This document shows positions 9,836-19,390 of a DNA stretch of 64,000 nucleotides, in pieces. The DNA comes from Jatrophihabitans sp. (GTDB taxonomy: Bacteria; Actinomycetota; Actinomycetes; Mycobacteriales; Jatrophihabitantaceae), in assembly GCF_036389035.1 (NCBI RefSeq), contig NZ_DASVQQ010000027.1. One strand, 5' to 3'. Under the pieces are notes generated by a model. The model was given only the letters and a program-made list of their open reading frames with translations, did not search any database and was not told the origin of the DNA. How positions within the stretch are numbered: the first letter of the stretch is position 1; the number at the start of each line of letters is the position of its first letter. The translations under genes and the position numbers were made by a program.

Positions 9836-11440
9836 ATGATCACCGCGACCGATCTCGAACTGCGCGCGGGCGCGCGGCTGCTGCTGCAGCCCACCACGCT
9901 GCGCGTCCAGGCCGGCGACCGGATCGGCCTGGTGGGCCGCAACGGGGCGGGCAAGACCACCAGCCTCAAGGTTCTGGCCGCCGAGACCCTGCCGCACGGC
10001 GGCCAGATCAGCAGCAACGCCCCCGTCGGCTACCTGCCCCAGGACCCCCGCACCGGCGATCTGGAGCAGACCGCGGGTGATCGCGTCCTGTCCGCCCGCG
10101 GCCTGGACGAGATCCTGCACGAGCTGACCTCGGTCGGTCACCGGCTGGCCGACGAGCACGCCGACCAGGCGTTGGTGCGTCGCTACGGCCACCTCGAGGA
10201 GCGGTTCTCAGCGCTCGGCGGGTACGCCGCCGAGGCGGAGGCGGCCCGGATCTGCGCCCACCTGGGCCTGCCCGAGCGGGTGCTGGCCCAGCCGCTGGGG
10301 ACCCTGTCCGGCGGGCAGCGCCGGCGCATCGAGCTGGCCCGGATCCTGTTCGCCGACTCGGCCGGCGAGCCCACCACGCTGCTGCTGGACGAGCCCACCA
10401 ACCACCTCGACGCCGACTCGATCACCTGGCTGCGCGACTTCCTCAAGGGTCACCGCGGGGGGCTGATCGTGGTCAGCCACGACGTCGAACTGTTGGAGGC
10501 GGTGGTCAACAAGGTCTGGTACCTCGACGCCAACCGCAGCGCGGTCGATGTCTACAACGTCGGCTGGAAGGCCTACCTCAAGCAGCGCGAGGCCGACGAG
10601 CGCCGGCGGGTCCGCGAACGGGCCAACGCCGAGCGCAAGATCGACTCGCTGCGCGGCCAGGCCGACAAGATGCGGGCCAAGGCCACCAAGGCCAAGGCGG
10701 CCCAGCAGATGCTGCGCCGGGCCGACGCGCTCAACGCCGGGCTGGCCGAGGTGCGGGCCCAGGACAAGGTGGCCCGGCTGCGGTTCCCCGACCCGGCGCC
10801 GTGCGGGCGCACCCCGCTGACCGCCGAGGGCCTGTCCAAGTCCTACGGCTCGCTGGAGGTGTTCACCGGCGTCGGCCTGGCGATCGACCGTGGCACCCGG
10901 GTGGTGGTGCTCGGCCTGAACGGGGCGGGCAAGACCACGCTGCTGCGGCTGCTGGCCGGGGCCGAGAAGCCCGACACCGGCGAGGTGGCCCCCGGCCACG
11001 GCCTGCGGCTGGGCTACTACGCCCAGGAGCACGAGACGCTGGACACCGAGCGCACGGTGCTGGAGAACATGCGCAGCGCCGCCCCTGACCCCGCCGACCT
11101 GCAGCTGCGCAGCGTGCTGGGAGCGTTCCTGTTCTCCGGTGAGGACGTCGACAAGCCCGCCGGGGTGCTCTCCGGCGGTGAGAAGACCCGGCTGGCCCTG
11201 GCGATGCTGGTGACCAGCGCGGCCAACGTGCTGCTGCTGGACGAGCCCACCAACAACCTGGACCCGGCCAGCCGGGAGCAGGTGCTGGACGCGCTGCGCC
11301 ACTACGCCGGCGCCATCGTCCTGGTGACCCACGACGAGGGTGCGGTCGAAGCGCTCAATCCGGACAAGGTGATCTTGCTGCCGGACGGGGTCGAGGACTC
11401 CTGGAGCGCCGATCTGGCCGACCTGATCGCGTTGGCCTGA
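9836..11440 (+). CDS. ABC-F family ATPase (Rv1473-like)
   Basis: Two ABC cassettes (GRNGAGKT/LSGGQ; GLNGAGKT/LSGGEK), LLLDEPTN twice, no TM domain. Confidence 0.93.
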   Translation: MITATDLELRAGARLLLQPTTLRVQAGDRIGLVGRNGAGKTTSLKVLAAETLPHGGQISSNAPVGYLPQDPRTGDLEQTAGDRVLSARGLDEILHELTSVGHRLADEHADQALVRRYGHLEERFSALGGYAAEAEAARICAHLGLPERVLAQPLGTLSGGQRRRIELARILFADSAGEPTTLLLDEPTNHLDADSITWLRDFLKGHRGGLIVVSHDVELLEAVVNKVWYLDANRSAVDVYNVGWKAYLKQREADERRRVRERANAERKIDSLRGQADKMRAKATKAKAAQQMLRRADALNAGLAEVRAQDKVARLRFPDPAPCGRTPLTAEGLSKSYGSLEVFTGVGLAIDRGTRVVVLGLNGAGKTTLLRLLAGAEKPDTGEVAPGHGLRLGYYAQEHETLDTERTVLENMRSAAPDPADLQLRSVLGAFLFSGEDVDKPAGVLSGGEKTRLALAMLVTSAANVLLLDEPTNNLDPASREQVLDALRHYAGAIVLVTHDEGAVEALNPDKVILLPDGVEDSWSADLADLIALA

Positions 11441-11559
11441 CGTTGGATGATCACGTTGGCATTGCTATGCGGTGGCCGGCCTGCTAGCAAGAGGAGGCGT
11501 GCAAAAAGGATCACTGCAACCACGGTGCTGCGCCGCGTTATCCAATGAGAGGACTGACG

Positions 11560-11775
11560 GTGGCTGATCTTAAGAAGGGTGCCCGGATCACGGGATCCGA
11601 CCGGAACAAGTTGGCGATTGAAGTGAAGAAGCAGTACGAGAAGGGCCGCAGCATCCGCGAGCTGGCGGACAGCCACGGCCGCTCCTACGGCTTCATCCAC
11701 CGGCTGCTGAGCGAGAACGAGGTGTCGCTGCGCAGTCGGGGCGGGGCCACGCGGGGAAAGAAGAACGTCTCCTGA
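11560..11775 (+). CDS. Small helix-turn-helix DNA-binding protein (Rv1473A-like)
   Basis: YEKGRSIRELADSHGRSYGFIHRLL HTH; GAGAGGA RBS before GTG 11560. Confidence 0.82.
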   Translation: MADLKKGARITGSDRNKLAIEVKKQYEKGRSIRELADSHGRSYGFIHRLLSENEVSLRSRGGATRGKKNVS

Positions 11776-12584
11776 TCCCCGAGAGCGGCTACCGGCCGGC
11801 TGAGATCCCGGCCGTCGCCGGGTTCGCCGTCGAGCTGTCCTCCTCCGGTCAGGTCGCCACCTTCACCCTGAACCGGCCGGCCAAGCGCAACGTGCAGAAC
11901 CCGCTGACCTGGGCCTGGCTGAGCCGGACGGTCAACGCGCTGCCCGGCACGGTGCGGGTGCTGGTGGTCCGCGGCGAGGGGCCGTCCTTCTCGGCCGGCC
12001 TGGACCGGGCCATGTTCACCCCGGAAGGCATCGAGGGGATCCCGACCGTCCTGGACCTGGCCCGGGCCGATCACGACGAAGCCAGCGCCGAGATCGCCGG
12101 CTACCAGAACGGCCTGGCGGTGTTCGCGCGCCCCGGGGTGGTCAGCGTGGCGCTGGTGCAGGGACATGCCGTCGGAGCCGGCTTTCAGCTCAGCCTGGCG
12201 TGCGACATCCGGATCGCGGCTGAGGACGCCCAGTTCAGCATGGCCGAGGTCAGCCTGGGGCTGGTGCCCGACCTGGGCGGCACCAAGCGCCTGGTCGAGC
12301 TGGTGGGCTACTCCCGGGCGGCCGAGATCTGCCTCACCGCCCGCCGGGTGGACGCCGCCGAGGCGTTGCGGATCGGGCTGGTCAGCACCGTGGTCAACGC
12401 CGCCGAGCTGGCGGCCACGGGGGAGCGGTTCGTGTCCCGGATCCTGGAGCAGCCGGTGGCGGCGGTCACCGAGATCAAGGCGCTGCTGCTGGCGGCGTCG
12501 GGCCGGTCCCAGGCCGAGCAGGAGCGGGCCGAGCGGGAGGCCCAGCACCGCGTGCTCCGAGCGCTGGCCGGCCTGGACGAATAG
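11772..12584 (+). CDS. Enoyl-CoA hydratase/isomerase family protein (start uncertain, possibly non-canonical)
   Basis: Crotonase motifs TLNRPAKRN, FSAGLD, AVGAGFQLSLACDIR, EVSLGLVPDLGGT. First canonical in-frame start is GTG 11892. Confidence 0.88.
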   Translation: MIPESGYRPAEIPAVAGFAVELSSSGQVATFTLNRPAKRNVQNPLTWAWLSRTVNALPGTVRVLVVRGEGPSFSAGLDRAMFTPEGIEGIPTVLDLARADHDEASAEIAGYQNGLAVFARPGVVSVALVQGHAVGAGFQLSLACDIRIAAEDAQFSMAEVSLGLVPDLGGTKRLVELVGYSRAAEICLTARRVDAAEALRIGLVSTVVNAAELAATGERFVSRILEQPVAAVTEIKALLLAASGRSQAEQERAEREAQHRVLRALAGLDE

Positions 12585-12784
12585 CGGTTCATCGCTGCGT
12601 TTCGCGACGCGTATCGGTTTGGCACGCCCAGGCGGTCACCAGCGATACGCGTCGAGCGACATGCTCGAACGAGCAACCCGGCGCCCTCGCACGGCGCTCG
12701 GAGCGGTTGCGCTGCCAGCGAATAAGGCAGGCGAGGCTGAGAGCGGCTTGTCCGGGGCGTTGATAATCAACGGGTGATGACCCG

Positions 12785-14701
12785 ATGATGCCCGGCGGCG
12801 GCAACTACTCCGTGATGCGCTCGATGCGCCGGGACTCGACGCTGTCCAAGCGGCCGCTACGGGCCGGCACCTGGCGCCGGGTGATCGGCTTCGCCAAGCC
12901 CTACCGCAAGGAGTTGTCGTTCTTCCTGGCGATGATCGTGCTCGACGCCCTGCTCGGAGTCGCCACCCCGGTGCTGGCCGGCCGGGTGATCAACGAGATC
13001 ACCAGCCGCGGCGAGGTCCGGGTGGTGGTCTGGATCGCGGTGATCATCGCCGGCCTGGCGGTGGTCAGCGCCGGCCTGTCACTGGCGCAGCGCTGGTACT
13101 CGGCCCGGATCGGCGAGGGCCTGATCTTCGACATGCGCACCGGCGTCTTCGACCACATCCAGCAGATGCCGCTGGCCTTCTTCACCCGCACCCAGACCGG
13201 GGCCCTGATCAGCCGGCTCAACGGCGACGTGCTGGGCGCCCAGCAGGCCTTCACCTCCACCCTGTCCGGCGTGGTCAGCAACATCTTCGGCCTGGTGTTC
13301 ACGGCGGCGGTGATGTTCACGCTGTCCTGGCAGATCACCGCGCTGGCCCTGACCCTGCTACCGGTGTTCGTCCTGCCCGCCAAACGGATCGGCAGCACGC
13401 TGCAGGTCATCACCCGGGAGTCCTACGGGCTGAACGCCTCGATGAACAACACCATGACCGAGCGGTTCAACGTCTCCGGGGCGTTGCTGGTCAAGCTGTT
13501 CGGCAGGCGCTCGAACGAGTCGGAGTCCTTCCGCGCGCGGGCCGCCCGGGTGCGCGACATCGGGGTGCGCTCGGCGATGTACGGCCGCACCCTGTTCGCC
13601 GCGCTGGGCCTGGTGGCGAGCCTGGCCCAGGCGCTGGTCTACGGGTTGGGCGGCTACTACGCGCTGACCGGGCAGCTCTCGACCGGAACCGTGGTGACCC
13701 TGGCGCTGCTGCTGACGCGGCTGTACGGCCCGCTGATGGCGCTGTCCAACGTCCGGGTCGACGTGATGAGCGCCCTGGTCAGCTTCGACCGGGTCTTCGA
13801 GGTGCTCGACCTCGCCCCGCTGATCGACGACGCCCCGGACGCCAAGCCGATCGACCTCAAGCCCGAATCGGCGACCGTGGAGTTCGACGACGTCTGGTTC
13901 TCCTACCCCACCGCCTCCGAGGTCTCGCTGGCCTCGCTGGAGGACGTGGCGGTGCTGGACCAGACGCCGAGCCAGGACGTGCTGCGCGGGGTCAGCTTCA
14001 CCGCCCAGGCCGGCCAGATGGTCGCCCTGGTCGGGCCGTCCGGCGCGGGCAAGACCACCATCAGCCAGCTGGTTCCCCGGATCTATGACGTCCGGTCGGG
14101 CGCGGTGCGAGTCGGCGGGCACGACGTCCGCTCGGTCACCCAGCAGTCGCTGCGCGACGTGATTGGCGTGGTCAGCCAGGACGCCCACCTGTTCCACGAC
14201 ACGATCGCGGCCAACCTGCGCTACGCCCGGCCGCAGGCCAGTGACGCCGAGCTGTGGCAGGCGCTGCTGGCCGCCAACATCGCCGACAAGATCGCCGAGC
14301 TGCCCGACCAGCTCGAGACGGTGGTCGGTGACCGCGGCTACCGGCTGTCCGGCGGTGAGAAGCAGCGGATCGCGATCGCCCGGCTGCTGCTCAAGGCGCC
14401 GCCGATCGTGATCCTGGACGAGGCCACCGCCCACCTGGACAGCGAGAGCGAGCGCGCGGTGCAGCAGGCGTTGGCGGTGGCGCTGCACGGCCGGACGTCG
14501 CTGGTGATCGCGCACCGGCTGTCCACCATCCGGGCCGCCGACCAGGTGCTGGTGATCGACGAGGGGCGGATCGTGGAGTCCGGCACCCATGACGAGCTGC
14601 TGCGGGCCGGTGGGCTGTACGCCGAGCTGTACCGCACCCAGTTCGCGCCCGGCAAGCAAGAACGCGTGGAGGACGTCGAAGAAGCAGAGGTAGTCAGCTA
14701 G
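12785..14701 (+). CDS. ABC exporter, fused permease and ATPase
   Basis: Six-TM N-terminal domain; GPSGAGKT, LSGGEKQR, LDEATAHLD. Confidence 0.93.
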   Translation: MMPGGGNYSVMRSMRRDSTLSKRPLRAGTWRRVIGFAKPYRKELSFFLAMIVLDALLGVATPVLAGRVINEITSRGEVRVVVWIAVIIAGLAVVSAGLSLAQRWYSARIGEGLIFDMRTGVFDHIQQMPLAFFTRTQTGALISRLNGDVLGAQQAFTSTLSGVVSNIFGLVFTAAVMFTLSWQITALALTLLPVFVLPAKRIGSTLQVITRESYGLNASMNNTMTERFNVSGALLVKLFGRRSNESESFRARAARVRDIGVRSAMYGRTLFAALGLVASLAQALVYGLGGYYALTGQLSTGTVVTLALLLTRLYGPLMALSNVRVDVMSALVSFDRVFEVLDLAPLIDDAPDAKPIDLKPESATVEFDDVWFSYPTASEVSLASLEDVAVLDQTPSQDVLRGVSFTAQAGQMVALVGPSGAGKTTISQLVPRIYDVRSGAVRVGGHDVRSVTQQSLRDVIGVVSQDAHLFHDTIAANLRYARPQASDAELWQALLAANIADKIAELPDQLETVVGDRGYRLSGGEKQRIAIARLLLKAPPIVILDEATAHLDSESERAVQQALAVALHGRTSLVIAHRLSTIRAADQVLVIDEGRIVESGTHDELLRAGGLYAELYRTQFAPGKQERVEDVEEAEVVS

Positions 14702-14744
14702 TTCGGTTAGTCCACAGGCCGGAGGAAAGTTCGAGCATCGGGCT

Positions 14745-14790
14745 TGATTCAGTCCTATCTAAGACCGAAATTCAGGTCTATGCTGAATCA
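14745..14790 (+). promoter_or_regulatory. Nested inverted-repeat operator and -10 (TATGCT) of a probably leaderless TA operon
   Basis: TGATTCAG 14745/CTGAATCA 14783; AGACC 14762/GGTCT 14775; TATGCT 14779-14784, 7 nt before ATG 14792. Confidence 0.6.
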
Positions 14791-14791
14791 C

Positions 14792-15070
14792 ATGCAGACG
14801 ACGTCACTGTCCGATCTAAAAGCACACCTGTCGGAGTATGCAGAGCGTGCCGAGGTGGAACACGAGCAATACACCATCACGCGCAACGGCCGACCTGCCG
14901 TGGTGATGGTGTCAGCCGATGAGTGGGAGTCGATGCAGGAGACGCTGTTCTGGCTGTCGCAACCACGAATCCACGAAGATCTCGCCGAGGCCGAAGAAGA
15001 CATTGCCGCAGGGCGACTCTATGACGAAGCCCAGGTTCGCCAGGCGTTGAACTTGCCGCCCCGGCGGTGA
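14792..15070 (+). CDS. Phd/YefM-family antitoxin
   Basis: SLSDLKAHLSEY...ITRNGRPAVVMVSADEWESMQETL, a typical Phd fold. Confidence 0.9.
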   Translation: MQTTSLSDLKAHLSEYAERAEVEHEQYTITRNGRPAVVMVSADEWESMQETLFWLSQPRIHEDLAEAEEDIAAGRLYDEAQVRQALNLPPRR

Positions 15071-15348
15071 CACGCGATACGCCGGGTTACCGGACGGTGC
15101 TCACCGCCGCCGCGCTGCGCAGCCTGCAGGCGGTCCCGCCGCGGATCGCCGAGCCATTGGTAGCTTTTGTTTTCGGCAGCCTCGCCGAGGATCCGAAACG
15201 TCGCGGGAAGCCCCTGCAGGGCGAGTTGACCGGACAATGGGCTGCCCGCCGCGGTGATTACCGCATCATCTATCGGCTCGACGCCGACACCAAGGCGATG
15301 TACGTCGTCAAGGTCGCCCGAAGGGCCGATGTGTACCGCTCGCGTTGA
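15067..15348 (+). CDS. RelE/ParE-family toxin
   Basis: GKPLQGELTGQWAARRGDYRIIYRLD...VARRADVYR; GTGA overlap with the antitoxin stop. Confidence 0.9.
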   Translation: MTRDTPGYRTVLTAAALRSLQAVPPRIAEPLVAFVFGSLAEDPKRRGKPLQGELTGQWAARRGDYRIIYRLDADTKAMYVVKVARRADVYRSR

Positions 15349-15390
15349 GGTTTGAGGTGTGCTGCTCGCGCCTAGTGAATAGGTAGGCGC

Positions 15391-15837
15391 TCAGGTGGTG
15401 GCACGGGCTGGCGTGGCCTGGGCGCCGAGTGCCGTGTCCGGCGCTGCTCCAGCGATCAGCTGGGCGGCCCGTTGGTGTGACACCCCAAGCATTGCCCCGA
15501 TGTCGCGGACGGTCAGTCCCAGGTTCGCCAGTGCCAGGGCTGCCGTCCGAGCCTCCTTGGCGGCCTCGGCCTGGGCACGCGCTGATTCCTCACGCAGTTT
15601 CGCCGCTCGGGTCCAGTGCTCGTAGGCCACCGAGGGAAACACGATGTCCGGCTTCAACTCGAACGACTGCGGATCCACCTGCTGCATGACGGCAATCAGA
15701 TCCCGAGCCATCGGCTCGACCTCACGAAGGGTGCTGGCCTGGGTGGTGCGCTGGATCTCCGGGATCGTGACGAGCCAGAACTGCTCGCCCCGTTCCACCC
15801 GCGCGGTGTAAGCAGCCATCGGCTCAGTCTTCCCCAT
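15391..15837 (-). CDS. HicB-like antitoxin with C-terminal HTH (start 15837 or 15819)
   Basis: YTARVERGEQFWLVTIPEIQRTTQASTLREVEPMARDLIA (HicB RNase-H-like N-domain); GLTVRDIGAMLGVSHQRAAQL HTH. Confidence 0.75.
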   Translation of the reverse strand: MGKTEPMAAYTARVERGEQFWLVTIPEIQRTTQASTLREVEPMARDLIAVMQQVDPQSFELKPDIVFPSVAYEHWTRAAKLREESARAQAEAAKEARTAALALANLGLTVRDIGAMLGVSHQRAAQLIAGAAPDTALGAQATPARATT

Positions 15838-17048
15838 CAGGTCGCGGCGAGTGAAACCACCAGCGAGTCCGGCGAGGTCAGCAGGGTCTGAAACGCCAGC
15901 TCGGCGGCGCCGATCAGCGCCGAGTCCTGGTCCAGCCCCGGCAGCAGCACCTGCACGCCGGCCCGGGCTGCGGCCATCGCGCGCCGGTCCAGCTCGCCCT
16001 CCACCGTCGCCCGGTCCAGCCGGACCACCTCGGCCAGCGAGCCGCCCACCACGATCGCCTGCGGGTTGAAGCAGTTGACGACGTTGGCCAGGCTGCGGCC
16101 AAGCCACAGGGCGACCGTGCGCACCGCGGCCGCCGCCCGCTCCTCGCCGGTCGCCGCTGCCTCGAACACCGCGGCGACCGCCTGGGGGCCGTGCCGGTCG
16201 GTGACGCCGGCCGCCCGCAGCAGGGCGTGCTCGCCGATGTAGGTCTCGATGCAGCCGGTGCTGCCGCAGTGGCAGGGCGGGCCGTCCGGGTTGATGGTCA
16301 TGTGGCCGATCTCGCCGGCGTAACCGCCGACGCCGTGCAACTGGTTGCCCTCGGCGATGATGCCGCTGCCGACGCCGACGCTGCCGTTGAGGTAGACCAT
16401 GTGGTCATAGCCGATCGCCACCCCCCGCTGGTGCTCGGCGACCGCCCCGAGGTCGGCGTCGTTGCCGGCCTGCACGTCCAGCTGGTTCGGCATCCGGGCG
16501 GCGAGCAGTTCGGCGAACGGCACCGCCCGCCAGTCCAGGTTCGGGGCGTGCTCGACGAAGCCGTCCCGGCGACGCACGGTGCCCGGGATGCTCACCCCGA
16601 CGCCGACCGGGCCCTGCGAGCCGGGCAGCCGGTCGGCCAGCCAGGCGGCGTCGGCGACGATCTGGCCCACCACCGCCCGCGGCAACCGGTCCGCGCCGTC
16701 GATGGGGGTGTCCCGCCGCTCGTGCACGGTTCCACCCAGGCCCACCGCCGCGGTCACGATCCGTTCGACGGCGACATCGACAGCCAGCACGTAGGGCCCG
16801 TCCGGCCGCGGCGCCACCAGGTGCGATGGCCGGCCGGCCCGGTCACCGCCGGACGGCACGAACTCGGTGACCAGCCCCAGCGCGACCAGGTCCGAGACCA
16901 GGGCGCCGATGGTGCTGCGGTTGAGCCCCATCGCCGCGGTCAGGTCTGCGCGGGTCAGCTCGCCGTGCTGGTGGATGGAGCGCAGCAGCCGGCTGAGATT
17001 GTGCCGGCGAATCTCCTCCGGTCGAACGGCGACCCGCTGCGCGGCCAA
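15837..17048 (-). CDS. ROK-family transcriptional repressor
   Basis: N-terminal wHTH (LTRADLTAAMGLNRSTI), NDADLGAVAE, AGEIGH, CHCGSTGCIE. Confidence 0.92.
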   Translation of the reverse strand: MAAQRVAVRPEEIRRHNLSRLLRSIHQHGELTRADLTAAMGLNRSTIGALVSDLVALGLVTEFVPSGGDRAGRPSHLVAPRPDGPYVLAVDVAVERIVTAAVGLGGTVHERRDTPIDGADRLPRAVVGQIVADAAWLADRLPGSQGPVGVGVSIPGTVRRRDGFVEHAPNLDWRAVPFAELLAARMPNQLDVQAGNDADLGAVAEHQRGVAIGYDHMVYLNGSVGVGSGIIAEGNQLHGVGGYAGEIGHMTINPDGPPCHCGSTGCIETYIGEHALLRAAGVTDRHGPQAVAAVFEAAATGEERAAAAVRTVALWLGRSLANVVNCFNPQAIVVGGSLAEVVRLDRATVEGELDRRAMAAARAGVQVLLPGLDQDSALIGAAELAFQTLLTSPDSLVVSLAAT

Positions 17049-17092
17049 CGGACCACCCTTCTCTCGAACGTCGATGGAGCGGACACGTCAGA

Positions 17093-18466
17093 TCAACCCA
17101 GCCCGGCCGCGCCGGCTCGCCTGCGCGACAGCGCGTCGATCGCCGCGGCCAGCATCAGCACCAGGCCGGTCACGACGTACTGCACCGCCGAGCCGTTGGT
17201 GCCCCTGACCAGGTCGGCCATCCCGTTGTAGATCACCTCGACCACCAGGCCACCGATGATCGCGTCGATGACCCGGCCCTTGCCGCCGAACAAGCTGGTG
17301 CCGCCGATCACCGCCGCGCCGACCGCCAACAGCAGGGTGTTGCCGCCGTAGTTGTCGACACTGACCGACTTCACGTTGCTGGCGATCAGGATGCCACCGA
17401 TGGCGGCCATGAAGGAGCTGATCACGAATACCGAGATCCGGATCCGGTCGACCGGCACGCCGGCCCGCCGTGCTGCCTCCTCGTTGCCGCCGACGGCGTA
17501 GACATGCCGGCCGTATCGGGTCCGGGTCAGCACGAACGTCCCGATCACCAGCAGCGTCACCACCAGCGGGATCACCCACGGCACGCCCTCCAGCCGGGGC
17601 GGCGGCACCCGGACCAGCCGGCCGTTGACGTTCTCGATCGAGGCGGTCTTGACGATCGCCCGGTTCTGGTTGAGCACGTAGACCATGCCGAACACCAGCA
17701 CCGCCAGGCCGGCGATCTTCAGGCCCAGCACCGAGGTCGGCTCGGCGGACAGCCCGGCCCGGCGGCGGCTGCGGCTGCCCGAGAGCTTGACGCCGGCGTA
17801 GAGCAGCACGCAGAGCACCGCGAACAGCCAGCCGGCCCACAGCGGCATCTGGCCGTTGTTGATGCTGTTGACCACGTTGTCGGTCACGCTGACGTTGCCC
17901 TGCTGGCCCTTGCCGTTGTTCAGGATGTAGAGCGCCACGCCCTGGAAGGCGAGGAAGAAGGCCAGCGTGACGACGAAGGACGGGATCCGGAGCTTGGCCC
18001 GCAGCAGCCCGATCAGGGTGCCGATCACGATGCCGGTGAGCAGCGCCAGCCCGATCGAGACCGGCCACGGCGCGTTGTAGCCGACCATCACCCGCACCAT
18101 GACCGCGGCGCAGACACCGGCGGCGTAGCCGGCCGACAGGTCGATCTCGCCGAGCAGCAGCACGAACACCAGGCCCATCGCGATGACGATCGGCCCGGAG
18201 CCCTCGGTGAGCAGCACCGCGGTGTTGTAGAGGCTGGCGAAGGACGGCTGCAGGATGCTGAACAGGATGATCAGCGCCACCAGGCCGGTGATGGCCGGCA
18301 ACGAGCCCATGTCGCCGCCGCGCAGCCGGGACAGGTAGTTGCGGGTGTAGTCGCCGATGTTGTTGCCGACCGGGGCGGTCGAGGCCAGCACGGCCAGGCT
18401 GTTGGCATCCTGCGACTCGTCCGGGTCGGGCGGGGCCGCGGTGGCCGAGGACGTTCCGGTGGTCAT
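17093..18466 (-). CDS. Sugar ABC transporter permease (XylH/GguB-like)
   Basis: LLGEIDLSAG, IPSFVVTLA, YGRHVYAVGGNEEAARRAG, VIGGTSLFGGKG. Confidence 0.92.
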   Translation of the reverse strand: MTTGTSSATAAPPDPDESQDANSLAVLASTAPVGNNIGDYTRNYLSRLRGGDMGSLPAITGLVALIILFSILQPSFASLYNTAVLLTEGSGPIVIAMGLVFVLLLGEIDLSAGYAAGVCAAVMVRVMVGYNAPWPVSIGLALLTGIVIGTLIGLLRAKLRIPSFVVTLAFFLAFQGVALYILNNGKGQQGNVSVTDNVVNSINNGQMPLWAGWLFAVLCVLLYAGVKLSGSRSRRRAGLSAEPTSVLGLKIAGLAVLVFGMVYVLNQNRAIVKTASIENVNGRLVRVPPPRLEGVPWVIPLVVTLLVIGTFVLTRTRYGRHVYAVGGNEEAARRAGVPVDRIRISVFVISSFMAAIGGILIASNVKSVSVDNYGGNTLLLAVGAAVIGGTSLFGGKGRVIDAIIGGLVVEVIYNGMADLVRGTNGSAVQYVVTGLVLMLAAAIDALSRRRAGAAGLG

Positions 18467-19260
18467 GCCAGGGCTCCTGTCGCGCCGGAGGAAGCCGGAA
18501 CGCCGGTGATGCCGTCGGATCGTCCGGTGGTGATCAGCTCGACGAGCTGGGTCTGGTTCACCGACGAGCGGTCGACGATGGCGACCAGCTGGCCGAGGTA
18601 GAGCGCGGCGATCCGGTCCGAGACCTGCAGCACGTCGAGCATGTTGTGCGAGATCAGCACGACCGCCAGGCCGCGGTCGGCCAGCCGGCGCACCAGCTCG
18701 AGCACCTGGGCGGTCTGGGCCACCCCGAGCGCGGCGGTCGGCTCGTCGAGGATGACGACCTTGGAGTTCCACAGCACCGACTTGGCGATGGCCACCGTCT
18801 GGCGCTGGCCGCCGGACAGGCTCGACACCCGCTGGCGCACCGACTTGACCGTGCGCACCGACAGCGAGGCCAGCGTCTCGGCGGCCGCCTTCTCCATCGA
18901 GTTCTCATCCAGGGTGAGGCGCCGCCTGCGCTCGCGGCCCAGGAACATGTTCTGGACGATGTCGAGGTTCTCGCACAGCGCCAGGTCCTGGTAGACGATC
19001 TCGATGCCCAGCGCGGCCGAGTCGCGGGGCGAGCGCACCTGGACGGGCGCGCCCTCGAACAGGTACTCGCCGGAGTCGACGGTGTACGTCCCGCCGATGC
19101 ACTTGACCAGCGTCGACTTGCCGGCGCCGTTGTCACCGATCAGCGACACCACCTCACCGGCCCGGGCTTCGAAGCTGACGTCGTGCAGCACCTGCACCGG
19201 GCCGAAGCTCTTGTTCACATTGCGTAGCTGCAACAGCGGCGGGTCGAGCTGAGCGGTCAA
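18463..19260 (-). CDS. Sugar ABC transporter ATP-binding protein
   Basis: GDNGAGKST, LSGGQRQ, LDEPTAALG; TTG start at 19260. Confidence 0.92.
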   Translation of the reverse strand: MTAQLDPPLLQLRNVNKSFGPVQVLHDVSFEARAGEVVSLIGDNGAGKSTLVKCIGGTYTVDSGEYLFEGAPVQVRSPRDSAALGIEIVYQDLALCENLDIVQNMFLGRERRRRLTLDENSMEKAAAETLASLSVRTVKSVRQRVSSLSGGQRQTVAIAKSVLWNSKVVILDEPTAALGVAQTAQVLELVRRLADRGLAVVLISHNMLDVLQVSDRIAALYLGQLVAIVDRSSVNQTQLVELITTGRSDGITGVPASSGATGALA

Positions 19261-19390
19261 GGGTCTCAAGTCCTTTCGCATCCGACCTTGGGAGGCATTC
19301 GACGGGTGAAGCCGGCGCCGCGGTCGAACAGCACGGCCGCGGGCCGGAGCGGGCGGCCGGCAGGTTTGCTGCCGGCCGCCCGTCACGGAC

